Assembly (NCBI RefSeq): GCF_056746865.1
Contig: NZ_CM163382.1
Direction: 5' to 3' (one strand)
Length of the DNA stretch: 64,000 bases
Shown piece by piece: positions 27,153-36,362 of this stretch (within the stretch, counting starts at the first letter, position 1; every line of letters begins with the position of its first letter). The notes under the pieces were generated by a model, which was given only the letters and a program-made list of their open reading frames with translations, did no database searches and was not told the origin of the DNA. The position numbers were made by a program, and so were the translations under genes.

Positions 27153-29279
27153 TTAATCTTCTGCTTCAGGCTGGAACATCAGCACGTAAAAAATATGTTG
27201 CTTCCCGCCAATCCTGCCGAGCGCCTTTTTCTTGTAACGGCGGTCGCCTCCCGCTTCCAGCATTCCGGCTGCACTCAACGCGCGGGCAAAGTGAGACGGA
27301 TTAAATCCCTGTGCTATCTCACCCTCAAACACATGCGGGAACGTGTAAAAACGGAACTCGTCATCTTCGTTTCTGATACTCCCCTTTCTGTATCCGGCAA
27401 GGTCTTTAATCGGTAAATCACGCTCGTCGCTGTTTGGATAGGGAAGGTATCGACTGAACCCGAACGACGACAAAAACGCCTCAGCCTGTTCAACCATCTG
27501 TTTAAACTCCCTGTTCCCCGTGCCGAACTCCTTCACCCAGGCATTAAAATTATGCTGAATGGCATCGCGGCATTCCTGCTCATCCCAGCCAGTAACATGA
27601 CCGGAAAGTACAAGCGCGGCCTCCAGTATGGCGAATCGTTCCCCCACACGGTGAACCTGTTCGCCGTAGCTCTCCGGTATCAGGTTGCGCCACCGCTCGC
27701 GACATGCCCTTACCGCGTCCTTTGCCTCCTGCTGGTGTTCTGCCAGCCATTTAACCCACTCACGACCTGCCGCCCCGTGATTTTCTGTCCAGGCATCTTT
27801 TAACGCGTCTGCGTGCGCCTTTCCGGTGCTGTATTCGTGAAACTGCGAGGCCTTTTCCATCGGCACGTTAAGCAGACGGACAAGCTGCCCCGCTTTAATT
27901 TTTATCCCTTCCGTTTTGAGGAATGTTTCAACGTCCATTTCTCCGGTGCTGATTGCCACCGTGCGCCAGTGTTTTATCTCCCTGTTGCCGCCGTCCTTCG
28001 CCCCCTGTAATTTCCCCGAACCGTTAAACAGCGTATAGGCTGACGTGGACACCTCCCGCGCGTTTCCGGCCTGGCCTATTTCATCCAGGGGTAACAGCCC
28101 GTCATTATGTGCTTCGGCCTCGTTGGCGATACCTAACGCCGTTCCGTACCAGGTCAGCCGTTGCGCGTCCGGCTCTCCCCATAAACTTGATGCAATGTTC
28201 TGTGTGGTGGTTTTACCTGCTGATGATTGCTCAAAAAGATGAACCCCGAAGCCGTCAGCACCCACCAGCCCGATTAATGGTGCAGATAGCGATACCGCCA
28301 CACCCAGCATCATGGACGGATTACCACCAGCCAGCCGTGCCACGGTATCGCGCCAGCCCTCCGCTGTTCCCGCCACGGAATAGCCATTAACAGCGGCAGT
28401 TTTTCCGGTAAACAGGATGGGTTTCTCTGATTCACCGATGATCGAACCATCCGGCATGATGTACGCACCAAAATGCCACCCCGTTGTTGTGCTTAACTGC
28501 CATTCCTCATGGTTTCCGCTTAACTGCATCCAGTCAGCCAGGATAGCCCTGTATTTGCCGTTGGTCGTCACGTTAAGGCCGTGGTCTTTCAGCAACCGCC
28601 AGCCGTCACGGTCACCAATGCCTCCGCACGGGACCGCCATTGTAATGACCTCATGGTTTGCTGGTTTTTTCCAGCGCATCACGCGGTAATGCTCTTTGCC
28701 GATTGTTCCTGTTCCCAGTAGTTCAAGCGGAGAACATAACCACGTCTCAGGCCGGATAATTTCGCCTGACTGCTTGTCCACTTTGGGCGTTACCCAGAAA
28801 ACACCATCGACGCGACTTTCAACACGAGGCTTTAATTCGTCATCATAATTTCCGGTGAAATTTGTCTTCGCCGGAAGGTTGATCACCAGACTGTTACCGC
28901 GTTCCGCATCATACTTCAGTCCAGCCATGCGCGGAGTCCAGTCCTCCGGCTGCTGATCAACAAAGCTGCGGTAGCAACGCGCCTCCTTCACACCCGCCAC
29001 TGCAAGCAGTGTCGCTATCTGTGTAAGGTGCTGCTCTGATATTTCACCAGCACGATAAATGCGCACGTAATAGCGTCCTTTGTCGATGATTTGCGTGTCT
29101 GCCAGACTCGCCAGTTGTTCCGGTCCAAGAATAACTGGATGTGTATCATCTGCCGCAATATGCTTTCCGGCCCATTCGCTCCACTCTTTCGCATGTGCCC
29201 AGGCATCACTACCCGCAAAGATAATCACCTCCGTCATTTTGTCTTTCGGCTGGTGCTTTAAATTCGGTGCGCGTTTCAT
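27153..29279 (-). CDS. Primase-helicase (TOPRIM-like N-terminus, P-loop NTPase of the DUF927/D5 type), P4 alpha-like replication protein
   Basis: 708 aa; N-terminal TOPRIM-like segment (VIIFAGSDAWAHAK...PVILGPEQ) and Walker A EQSSAGKTT; iterons lie immediately downstream. Confidence 0.75.
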   Translation of the reverse strand: MKRAPNLKHQPKDKMTEVIIFAGSDAWAHAKEWSEWAGKHIAADDTHPVILGPEQLASLADTQIIDKGRYYVRIYRAGEISEQHLTQIATLLAVAGVKEARCYRSFVDQQPEDWTPRMAGLKYDAERGNSLVINLPAKTNFTGNYDDELKPRVESRVDGVFWVTPKVDKQSGEIIRPETWLCSPLELLGTGTIGKEHYRVMRWKKPANHEVITMAVPCGGIGDRDGWRLLKDHGLNVTTNGKYRAILADWMQLSGNHEEWQLSTTTGWHFGAYIMPDGSIIGESEKPILFTGKTAAVNGYSVAGTAEGWRDTVARLAGGNPSMMLGVAVSLSAPLIGLVGADGFGVHLFEQSSAGKTTTQNIASSLWGEPDAQRLTWYGTALGIANEAEAHNDGLLPLDEIGQAGNAREVSTSAYTLFNGSGKLQGAKDGGNREIKHWRTVAISTGEMDVETFLKTEGIKIKAGQLVRLLNVPMEKASQFHEYSTGKAHADALKDAWTENHGAAGREWVKWLAEHQQEAKDAVRACRERWRNLIPESYGEQVHRVGERFAILEAALVLSGHVTGWDEQECRDAIQHNFNAWVKEFGTGNREFKQMVEQAEAFLSSFGFSRYLPYPNSDERDLPIKDLAGYRKGSIRNEDDEFRFYTFPHVFEGEIAQGFNPSHFARALSAAGMLEAGGDRRYKKKALGRIGGKQHIFYVLMFQPEAED

Positions 29280-29578
29280 TTCTTGCCCCTGAATGCGTTA
29301 ATCATGTTCTTTATTACCTGAATATTTGCCCGTGCTTTCTCTTTACTGGTGGGCTTACTGCGTGGTGCTGCACATACCAGTGAAAAATCACGCCGGAACT
29401 GATGAACGGGCATCACACAGTCATAGTCGTACCCTGCGCGGCGGTATGTAATGTGCCGTTCATACACGGAATTAATAACCACGCTGTCGCCATATTTATC
29501 CCGGAAAATATCCCCGATCCTGATTTTCGGATGAGTCTGTCCGCTGGCATTTAAGCCAGTAAATTTAATCTTCTTCAT
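29276..29578 (-). CDS. Hypothetical protein (100 aa), translationally coupled to primase gene
   Basis: ORF whose stop overlaps the primase start; no recognisable motif. Confidence 0.5.
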   Translation of the reverse strand: MKKIKFTGLNASGQTHPKIRIGDIFRDKYGDSVVINSVYERHITYRRAGYDYDCVMPVHQFRRDFSLVCAAPRSKPTSKEKARANIQVIKNMINAFRGKK

Positions 29579-29580
29579 GT

Positions 29581-29838
29581 TTATTTCCCGGTGTGAGGTT
29601 CTTCTTTATATTTATGGGCTAACAAATCTGGTAATTGCCTGTATTTATCCTCGGCAATATATTCAGAATAATCGACAGCACTGTTCAGTATATCTAACGC
29701 CGTTTCATGCTCCAGATTCGAAACTATAAGGAACGTTGCTACTTTTAGCATATTCGCGATATGCAAAAGAGCATCAATTTCATTTTTTGGCGCTTCACTG
29801 AATTTTTGCTCCAGAAGAATAAATCGTTCATCACGCAT
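29581..29838 (-). CDS. Hypothetical protein (85 aa)
   Basis: ORF in the same operon, 2 nt upstream of the next gene. Confidence 0.5.
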   Translation of the reverse strand: MRDERFILLEQKFSEAPKNEIDALLHIANMLKVATFLIVSNLEHETALDILNSAVDYSEYIAEDKYRQLPDLLAHKYKEEPHTGK

Positions 29839-30034
29839 AGTATTCCCCCTGACGGATGCGGGCAGTAAATACCATCACGCAGCCAGCCGGGGATTGCTGG
29901 CGTGCTTCCTGTTCGCTGGTGGCCACGATGGTAATCACACGCGGTTTTGCGGCGCTCAGGGCGATAAAACGCCAGGCGAATTTATTCAGGTTGTGCGAAT
30001 CCCGCCCTTGCGGGTGTATGGTATGATTTCTCAT
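29831..30034 (-). CDS. Hypothetical protein (67 aa), first gene of replication operon
   Basis: C-terminal part of the spurious 415 aa ORF 29831..31078; start ATG at 30034 is preceded by GAGGT and overlaps the next gene by 8 nt. Confidence 0.45.
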   Translation of the reverse strand: MRNHTIHPQGRDSHNLNKFAWRFIALSAAKPRVITIVATSEQEARQQSPAGCVMVFTARIRQGEYYA

Positions 30035-30130
30035 AGCTACCTCGATACTCTCGTTATCGTTGGTGGTTAGAAGCCCTGCGAGTGGTAACGACACTTGCGG
30101 GGCTTTGTTTTTTGTTGCACTTACTGTTAA

Positions 30131-30174
30131 TGTACGTACGTAATATTGATGATAATAGGAGTTACGTACGTACA
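30131..30174. promoter_or_regulatory. Operator: inverted repeat tgtacgtacgtaa-N18-ttacgtacgtaca in divergent promoter region
   Basis: 13-bp arms, each containing the self-complementary octamer GTACGTAC; the right arm overlaps the start codon of the RHH gene. Confidence 0.5.
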
Positions 30175-30365
30175 TGTCAACATTAAAGCGGGATAAATCA
30201 CCACGCGGCGAGGGATGGTCGCCGACATTCCAGATACGAATTAGCAAAGAACTACGCCAGCAAGTAAACGAGGCAGCAACCGCCGATGGCCTAACCCTCG
30301 GCAATTGGTTTAAAGAATTAGCTCGTGCCGAACTAAAGCGACGCGGCATTGAACCTAAAGGCTGA
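30174..30365 (+). CDS. Ribbon-helix-helix (Arc/Mnt/CopG-like) DNA-binding protein, candidate repressor
   Basis: 63 aa; FQIRISKELRQQVNEAATADGLTLGNWFKELARAEL fits the beta-strand/helix/helix RHH pattern; it sits on the palindromic operator. Confidence 0.55.
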   Translation: MSTLKRDKSPRGEGWSPTFQIRISKELRQQVNEAATADGLTLGNWFKELARAELKRRGIEPKG

Positions 30366-30551
30366 TGTATGACTGAAAAGCAGACCGATAACAAACTTTC
30401 TCTACCAGAGAATAAACCAGCAGGCTTCTTACCAAGAAAAATCCTTGATGAGATCAAACGCCGCCAGCGGCGCAAGGCCAAAGAGCAGGAGTAACCATCA
30501 CCAGCGCCGTGGTGCGGTGAACTGTGGCGCACAGGGTTACAGGTATCTACG

Positions 30552-30749
30552 ATGACTGACAAATCATTAAAGAAATTATCCTCATCCAGGAAAAAACAAC
30601 GCAAAAATGCGGTAAGCGAACAAGAACAGGAAAGATTTGCGCCATGTGCGTTTGTCCTTGAGAAGTTCTTAAAAGAGTACAGGCGCACAAAAATGGAATC
30701 GCATACCTGGAAAACATCGCAGTATGGCGATGCTAAAGAGCAGGAATAG
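30552..30749 (+). CDS. Hypothetical basic protein (65 aa)
   Basis: ORF only; weak support. Confidence 0.3.
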   Translation: MTDKSLKKLSSSRKKQRKNAVSEQEQERFAPCAFVLEKFLKEYRRTKMESHTWKTSQYGDAKEQE

Positions 30750-30917
30750 CCCACCAGCAAGCCAGCACACTGATCACATTGCCCACCAGCCGCAAATCTG
30801 GCATTGTTGGCGATGCGTTTGATTTCCTTTGTTCCCACTGGCGACCTATCCCGGTCGCCTTTGTTTTGCCTGTTATCCAGCAACGGGGCGCTTTTTCTTT
30901 CTGTAACGTTCGGATCG

Positions 30918-31475
30918 TTACACATTGCTTTCACCCTCCAGAAAATCAGGCTGATATTTACGCCATAGCGCCCGCTCTTCTCGTTCCAGTGCATCTTTTG
31001 CCTCTTTGCATTGCTGTAACCTGTAACCGCGTTTGCTGGCTTCCTGTTGATATGCAGCCTGACGTTTACTGAAATCATTCAGCATGGCAAACGGAACACC
31101 ATAACCCCCCGTTTTGCGGATTGAAGGAATCACCTCGCGGAATACCCAGTTACTGAAACGGTGCGCAAATGTGCCTGGTGTGGAAGCTTTACGGCTGCGG
31201 GCGATCAGTTTGTAGAAACCTGATTCAGAGACAACATTCCAGCTTCTGGCACCACCACGCTTACCGGAATGACCCTCGGTTAAAGCTAGGGTCATTACCT
31301 CATCGTTATCCAGAACTGAAACGGCATCAGTAACATTGCTGATTTCCAGCGCGGCACACACATCAGCGCCAACAAACCACGGCTCGCCGTTGATACTCAC
31401 TATGCGCACCTGAATGTCATCGAATTTAATGACAGAGATTTCAGTGCGACCGGCATAAAAGACAGGTTTACGCAT
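30918..31475 (-). CDS. Bro-N domain protein (phage antirepressor-like)
   Basis: 185 aa; N-terminal Bro-N-like segment FDDIQVRIVSINGEPWFVGADVCAALE. Confidence 0.7.
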   Translation of the reverse strand: MRKPVFYAGRTEISVIKFDDIQVRIVSINGEPWFVGADVCAALEISNVTDAVSVLDNDEVMTLALTEGHSGKRGGARSWNVVSESGFYKLIARSRKASTPGTFAHRFSNWVFREVIPSIRKTGGYGVPFAMLNDFSKRQAAYQQEASKRGYRLQQCKEAKDALEREERALWRKYQPDFLEGESNV

Positions 31476-32292
31476 GGCTGCTCACCTCCATGCGGCGGGC
31501 TAACCAGCGTTGCGAAAGACGAATTAATTCAGCTTTCCGCTGGTGGTAGTCCTGGCCTAACTCAATCAGCGTGATATTGCTCTGCTCAAGGTAAGAAAGG
31601 TGCTCAAGCTGCAGCGTGCTCATGTGGTCGCGTGGTTCGCCTGTGATGCCGTTCGCCTGCGCCCACTGTTTTGCATTCATGCCACCCAGCACGATACGCG
31701 CCAGCATATTGGCTTCCGTGGTGTAGTGGTGCTGGAGCGTGTTTTTACCCAGTTCAGCCCGGTACGCCTCCAGCGCGGCACACATTGGCTTAAAGTAGCT
31801 GGCTACGGTGATACGGGCTTTCAGTTCCCGGCGTAACGCTGCGGAACGTACAGGCGCTACCTTGTGTAGCTCCTCCTCGCATTTGATGAAGTACTGACGA
31901 ACGGCGCGGCCCTGTTCGGTGCGTTCGATCATTGCCAGTTCTTTCGCCATTCCGACACTTAACAGATAGTCTTTACCGGGTCTGCCAGAGTGCTTAATCT
32001 TGCTGTAAGCCTCGCCATTCGGGCTTTTCCCCAAATTTGGGGAAATTGTTTTATGGACTGAGTAATCGTACCCAATGGTGAAGTCATATTCAGAGATACG
32101 ATCAGTGATCCATGTAGAGAAGTCTTTTCCCACGCCCAACGCTTTGTGTAACGCTTTTGCGCTAACAACAGCGGCTTCACGCCCGCCAATAACGCCGGAA
32201 ATAACCGGGATAATTTCGCCGAAATTTTGCAGATTCTGGTTTTCAGGCCGAACAAAGCCCTGCCCCTGTACGGGCGTTTTTCGCAGTTTCAT
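31468..32292 (-). CDS. Phage antirepressor-like protein (Ant/KilAC-type)
   Basis: 274 aa; resembles prophage antirepressor proteins (ALHKALGVGKDFSTWITDRI); start overlaps the Bro-N gene. Confidence 0.55.
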   Translation of the reverse strand: MKLRKTPVQGQGFVRPENQNLQNFGEIIPVISGVIGGREAAVVSAKALHKALGVGKDFSTWITDRISEYDFTIGYDYSVHKTISPNLGKSPNGEAYSKIKHSGRPGKDYLLSVGMAKELAMIERTEQGRAVRQYFIKCEEELHKVAPVRSAALRRELKARITVASYFKPMCAALEAYRAELGKNTLQHHYTTEANMLARIVLGGMNAKQWAQANGITGEPRDHMSTLQLEHLSYLEQSNITLIELGQDYHQRKAELIRLSQRWLARRMEVSSHA

Positions 32293-32367
32293 AAAAACTC
32301 CGCTATCGAATTAAGTTACTTTTTATTTGCTAGTGGATAGCTTGGGCAATAACCCGTAGCTATTTAA

Positions 32368-32565
32368 TCAGGCAGCCGTTCCGCGTGATTCGGCAATACG
32401 CTGATTGATCCATTCGTCAATTTCACTTTCAACGAAAGCAATCGCTCGCGAGCCAATTTTAACTGATGCAGGAAATTTACCTTGCCCCATAAGGCGATAA
32501 ATCCATGCCTTGCTATATCCAGTTCTACGCTGAACTTCTGTTAAACGAATAAGCGTATTTGACAT
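32368..32565 (-). CDS. alpA: AlpA-family transcriptional regulator / excisionase-like protein
   Basis: 65 aa with the MerR-like HTH pattern of AlpA (LIRLTEVQRRTGYSKAWIYRLM...SEIDEWINQR). Confidence 0.8.
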   Translation of the reverse strand: MSNTLIRLTEVQRRTGYSKAWIYRLMGQGKFPASVKIGSRAIAFVESEIDEWINQRIAESRGTAA

Positions 32566-32668
32566 CTATTTACCTCATAACGTCTACTCAATTTGACGAG
32601 GTAATCATGGCACAGAAATAACGAATATTTTCATACCCTCAGGCCTAATGGTTACCGGAAGGAAATTA

Positions 32669-32777
32669 ACCCTAAGGGTGATGGTAATCGGGAGGAAATC
32701 TACCCTAAGGGTGATGGTAAAATTGACGGGGAAGATAAAAAAATACCCTCAGGGTAACAGTAAATCACCCTCAGGGT
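32669..32777. promoter_or_regulatory. Array of four palindromic sites ACCCT(A/C)AGGGT upstream of alpA
   Basis: Copies at 32669, 32702, 32745 and 32767; the first two are embedded in a longer direct repeat (accctaagggtgatggtaa). Confidence 0.45.
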
Positions 32778-32792
32778 ATGCGGTATGGTGCG

Positions 32793-33596
32793 TTAATCCG
32801 GCTTTGCGTTCTTTTGGCTGTTGTCTCGGTTAATAGGGCAGGCAGTCCTCTCTATGAGCGTTGCAAGAGCATTACTTGCCCCCCACTGCTTAAGCTCCCT
32901 AGTTATCGCTTCTTGATTTCCCCTGGTGGCAAAATCATTTTCTGGATCGTAATTGGCCCACTCTCTGTTTCTAATCTCAATAGCCTTAGCTAATGGGTCT
33001 TTATCCCAGTATTTATATAAGTGTATCGGGCGCTCTTGCTCTAACTGCTCTATCCTTGCCCTTAACTCTGCGTTTTCTCTTTCCAGCATTGCGATTTGGG
33101 ATAATAAATCATCCTCTGTACGCAACTCTTTCTTTTCAATATCGCGTCCTTGTACCTCGTCATTTTCAGAAGAGTTAGCGCCTTCCAGCTTCGTTAACGC
33201 GTCAAGGACATCGGGAAAAATTGCGAAAATTTCACCCCTTATAAATCCAATGTTCTCAAATTCGGGATCTTCCCAATAACCGGACACCAGAAAACCATTT
33301 TCATCCCTCTCACCAGGTAAACAACCATGTTTCCGAACCGCATCCAGATTTCTATAAAGAACATCATAATCAAATTCATCCCGATACGGGTTACAAAAAG
33401 ATTCCAACAGCTTAAATTCATTTACTGTGTACAGGCGGATATGTTCTCCGCTTATTCTCCTGAGTATCCAAGTTATGAGATCTGAAACATCATAATCATC
33501 ACCAGCGACCTTAAGCACGACCTCAAGAAATTCACGTAAAGAAATAAAATCTTTTTTGTATTCGTTTAATTCGGCATGAATATCAATCATACGCAC
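32793..33596 (-). CDS. Hypothetical protein (267 aa) between integrase and alpA
   Basis: Acidic protein with a coiled-coil segment (IAMLERENAELRARIEQLEQE); no catalytic motif recognised. Confidence 0.6.
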   Translation of the reverse strand: MRMIDIHAELNEYKKDFISLREFLEVVLKVAGDDYDVSDLITWILRRISGEHIRLYTVNEFKLLESFCNPYRDEFDYDVLYRNLDAVRKHGCLPGERDENGFLVSGYWEDPEFENIGFIRGEIFAIFPDVLDALTKLEGANSSENDEVQGRDIEKKELRTEDDLLSQIAMLERENAELRARIEQLEQERPIHLYKYWDKDPLAKAIEIRNREWANYDPENDFATRGNQEAITRELKQWGASNALATLIERTACPINRDNSQKNAKPD

Positions 33597-33718
33597 ACCT
33601 CAGCGTCCTCTACTGTAGTGGCTGTGCCAGCCCGTCGAGGTATACGGTTTTTCGGGAGCGACCCTAGACACAGCTTTTTCTTTCGTCGCTCAAAGTCTAC
33701 TACTGTATACTCAACCAG

Positions 33719-34972
33719 TCATCCACATTTTCCGAACTTGCCATGCACCACGTTGCCGCCCTGTTCCAGTGAGTCCATATAGTCGGCGTACCACTGGAGC
33801 ATCTCGCGCCGCCCGTCCAGATATTGCGCATGATTGTACGTGCCACGAATTGAGTTCTTATCAACGTGTGCAAGCTGCGTTTCTATCCACGCGGTGTTAT
33901 AGCCCTGCTCATGTAAAATCGTGCTCATCGTGTGCCGGAACCCATGACCAGTAACGCGCCCAGAATAGCCAATACGACGAATAAGCACGTTCATCGCCAT
34001 TTCACTCATCGGCTTACTGTGCTGGATTCGACCAGGGAAAATAAACTGATACTGCCCCGTCATGTGTTTTAACTGTTCCAGAATAGCGATCGCCTGTTCT
34101 GAAAGCGGCACACAATGAGGACGGCGCATCTTCATTCGTTCTTTAGGCACTTCCCACAAACGATTATCAAAATCGATCTCCTGCCATTCTGCCTGTCGTA
34201 ATTCCCCTGGCCGGAGCCCTGTCAGAATCAATAATCGCATACCCAGCTTGACGATCTGGCTTCCGGTGTACGTATTAAGAACGCGGAAAAATTCCGGCAG
34301 TTCGTCGGCCTTCAAATAGGCATAATGCTCTTTTTTGTGTGGAGCAAATGCGCTTGCCAGATCTGGTGCGGGGTTATATTCAGCGCGTCCGGTGATGATT
34401 GCGTACCGGAACACCTCGCCGCATCGCTGGCGAACCTTACGCAATTTTTCGGTCGCCCCACGGTCATTAAGACGGGAGAGAACCGCAAGCAACTCCATTG
34501 GCTTAATTTCTGCGATCGGCCTGCCGCCAATGTACGGAAAAACGTCTTTTTCAAACGTCTCGATCATTTCCTCGGCGTATGACGATGACCACCTGTCGAT
34601 CCGCTTTTCATACCATTCGCGAGCGATACCCTCAAAAGTATTGCCAAATTTGCTCGCCTGTTCTCGCTTTTGAGCTTTTCTGGCCTCACTTGGATTTATA
34701 CCACCAGCAAGAAGCCTTTTAGCCTCATCCCTTGCCGCTCTGGCATCAGACAGAGACACATCAGGGTACACGCCCAACGACAACATTTTGGGCTTTCCTG
34801 CAAATCTGTAACGTAGTCGCCACCCTTTCGAGCCGTTCGGCTCAATGAGTAACGAAAGCCCGTTACCGTCATTGAGTGTATAAGCCTTTTCTTTCGGCTT
34901 CGCGCGCCTGATAGCAAGGTCTGAAAGCAGCATGTGTATAGCTCCAAAAAATAAATTTTGTCCTATACGCAT
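33719..34972 (-). CDS. int: Tyrosine site-specific integrase (P4 / CP4-57 IntA family)
   Basis: 417 aa with an N-terminal arm-binding-like domain and a C-terminal catalytic region (HGFRHT, LAHVDKNSIRGTYNH); adjacent to the tRNA 3' end. The true start may be the internal MLLSDLAIRR. Confidence 0.9.
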   Translation of the reverse strand: MRIGQNLFFGAIHMLLSDLAIRRAKPKEKAYTLNDGNGLSLLIEPNGSKGWRLRYRFAGKPKMLSLGVYPDVSLSDARAARDEAKRLLAGGINPSEARKAQKREQASKFGNTFEGIAREWYEKRIDRWSSSYAEEMIETFEKDVFPYIGGRPIAEIKPMELLAVLSRLNDRGATEKLRKVRQRCGEVFRYAIITGRAEYNPAPDLASAFAPHKKEHYAYLKADELPEFFRVLNTYTGSQIVKLGMRLLILTGLRPGELRQAEWQEIDFDNRLWEVPKERMKMRRPHCVPLSEQAIAILEQLKHMTGQYQFIFPGRIQHSKPMSEMAMNVLIRRIGYSGRVTGHGFRHTMSTILHEQGYNTAWIETQLAHVDKNSIRGTYNHAQYLDGRREMLQWYADYMDSLEQGGNVVHGKFGKCG

Positions 34973-35097
34973 TACTATACACTTCTGTGTGTAGATTCTG
35001 GTAGTTGTGAGTAGACGTTAATAAGCTATGAAAATGGCTGAAAGGCTTGATATTCGTGGATTTGATGGACTTCAGTAGACGTTGAGAAATGTTTGTT

Positions 35098-35171
35098 TGG
35101 AGCGGGCGAAGGGAATCGAACCCTCGTATAGAGCTTGGGAAGCTCTCGTTCTACCATTGAACTACGCCCGC
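35098..35171 (-). tRNA. glyU: tRNA-Gly (anticodon CCC)
   Basis: Reverse complement reads GCGGGCGTAGTTCAATGGTAGAACGAGAGCTTCCCAAGCTCTATACGAGGGTTCGATTCCCTTCGCCCGCTCCA: cloverleaf-compatible, anticodon loop CTTCCCAAG, T-loop GGTTCGATTCC, 3' CCA. Confidence 0.9.
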
Positions 35172-35249
35172 TTCGAGATGCGTAAGGCATTATAAACCTT
35201 ACGCTCTCCTTAGCAAGTGCCGCGCTGCTGACTGCTGATTAATTCGCCA

Positions 35250-36026
35250 TCAGCATTTTGGCTTGCTGCCCTGAGGCGGCAAGTAACGCAGCGGATCAAT
35301 TGCCGTAGCACGGTAACGAATCTGGAAATGCAGGCGAACCGATGCCGCATCAGTGCTCCCCATAGTGGCGATTTTTTGCCCAGCCTTCACGCTTTGCCCA
35401 TTATTTACCAGCATCGTGTCATTATGGGCGTAAGCCGTAATGTAATCTTCACTGTGTTTAATCATGATGAGATTACCGTAGCCACGCAGCTGGTTGCCCA
35501 CATACACCACCTTTCCTGCACCCGCGGCGTAAATAGGTGTACCCCGTGGAGCTGAGATATCAATCCCTTTATTGCCGCCATCAGCTGTCGAATACGGCAT
35601 GATAACTTTCCCTGTCGTTGGCCATAACCAACAACGTTGCCCTACTGGCGGCCAGGAAGATTTCGGTACTGCTGATGACGGTGTAACCGATGCGGTTTTG
35701 GTCGTTGATTTGGCGGTTGATTTACGTGTACTGCTACTTTTCGCCCCACCCAGTTTTAGTTTCTGACCAACTTCAATGGTGTAAGGGGGGGAAATGCCGT
35801 TCAGTCGCGCCAGCTCTTTTACGCTGGTTCCCGTGGTGCGCGAAATACGATATAGCGTATCCCCCCGTTTCACGGTGTAAACGGAGCCGGAATACGTTCC
35901 TGTATCGGATGATTTGCTACCCGAGCAGCCCGCCAAAAGCAGTCCAACCGATAACAACATCACGATACCCAGAGATTTTTTATTCAGGCGTCCCGCACTC
36001 AAAATCTTTCCTCGCTTAAAAAACAA
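35250..36026 (-). CDS. ygeR: LysM-domain M23 peptidase lipoprotein
   Basis: Lipoprotein signal (LLLAGCSG), LysM (YTVKRGDTLYRISRTTGTSVKELARLNGI) and M23 motifs (HLHFQIR). Confidence 0.8.
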   Translation of the reverse strand: MFFKRGKILSAGRLNKKSLGIVMLLSVGLLLAGCSGSKSSDTGTYSGSVYTVKRGDTLYRISRTTGTSVKELARLNGISPPYTIEVGQKLKLGGAKSSSTRKSTAKSTTKTASVTPSSAVPKSSWPPVGQRCWLWPTTGKVIMPYSTADGGNKGIDISAPRGTPIYAAGAGKVVYVGNQLRGYGNLIMIKHSEDYITAYAHNDTMLVNNGQSVKAGQKIATMGSTDAASVRLHFQIRYRATAIDPLRYLPPQGSKPKC

Positions 36027-36346
36027 GACGCCATATCATAGCAGCCAGCCTCTGGATACCCAATCTCTTGCTTCTGGAAAAACGCGGTAATAGAGAAAGA
36101 GGTTAATTTCATTTGGCAAAGGGAAGTATCATCAGCAAAATATTCGCTGCAGAGGTATCGAATTTCCTGACTTTTTTACCCTATTTCCCATCCTGATGCG
36201 TAATAATCCTGATTTATCACATTGATTTTATCGCCACTCATATTGATACGTATCACTGCCCCTATTCAGGGTCCTGTTTCGTATCATATCTGTGTTTTTT
36301 TAACATCATCACACTTCCTTCCTCCCTTAACGCTTATCGTCGTTTC

Positions 36347-36362
36347 TGGCGTAAATCTTGCC
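36347..36362 (+). promoter_or_regulatory. Candidate sigma54 (-24/-12) promoter upstream of xdhA
   Basis: TGGCGTAAATCTTGCC matches the TGGC-N7-TTGC consensus about 95 bp upstream of the xdhA start; a sigma54 activator (ygeV) is encoded nearby. Confidence 0.4.

Larger units (their letters stand above)
15629..35097. mobile_element. Integrative element (P4-family / CP4-57-like satellite or island) abutting tRNA-Gly
   Basis: Integrase next to the tRNA 3' end, AlpA, Bro-N/antirepressor, primase-helicase, SSB, iterons, nested IS200/IS605, and cargo genes. The left boundary is placed at the cas5 breakpoint; boundaries are approximate. Confidence 0.7.

Noticed and set aside
27153-29279. Calling the 708 aa protein a relaxase or conjugative transfer protein
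   Set aside because: No HUH relaxase motifs were seen. The TOPRIM-like N-terminus, the P-loop in the middle and the adjacent iterons fit a primase-helicase replication initiator better.
29831-31078. 415 aa ORF on the minus strand spanning the regulator region
   Set aside because: It runs antisense through the RHH gene, the palindromic operator and part of the Bro-N gene, and has a low-complexity translation. Only its last 67 codons (29831-30034), which have their own SD, are kept as a possible gene.
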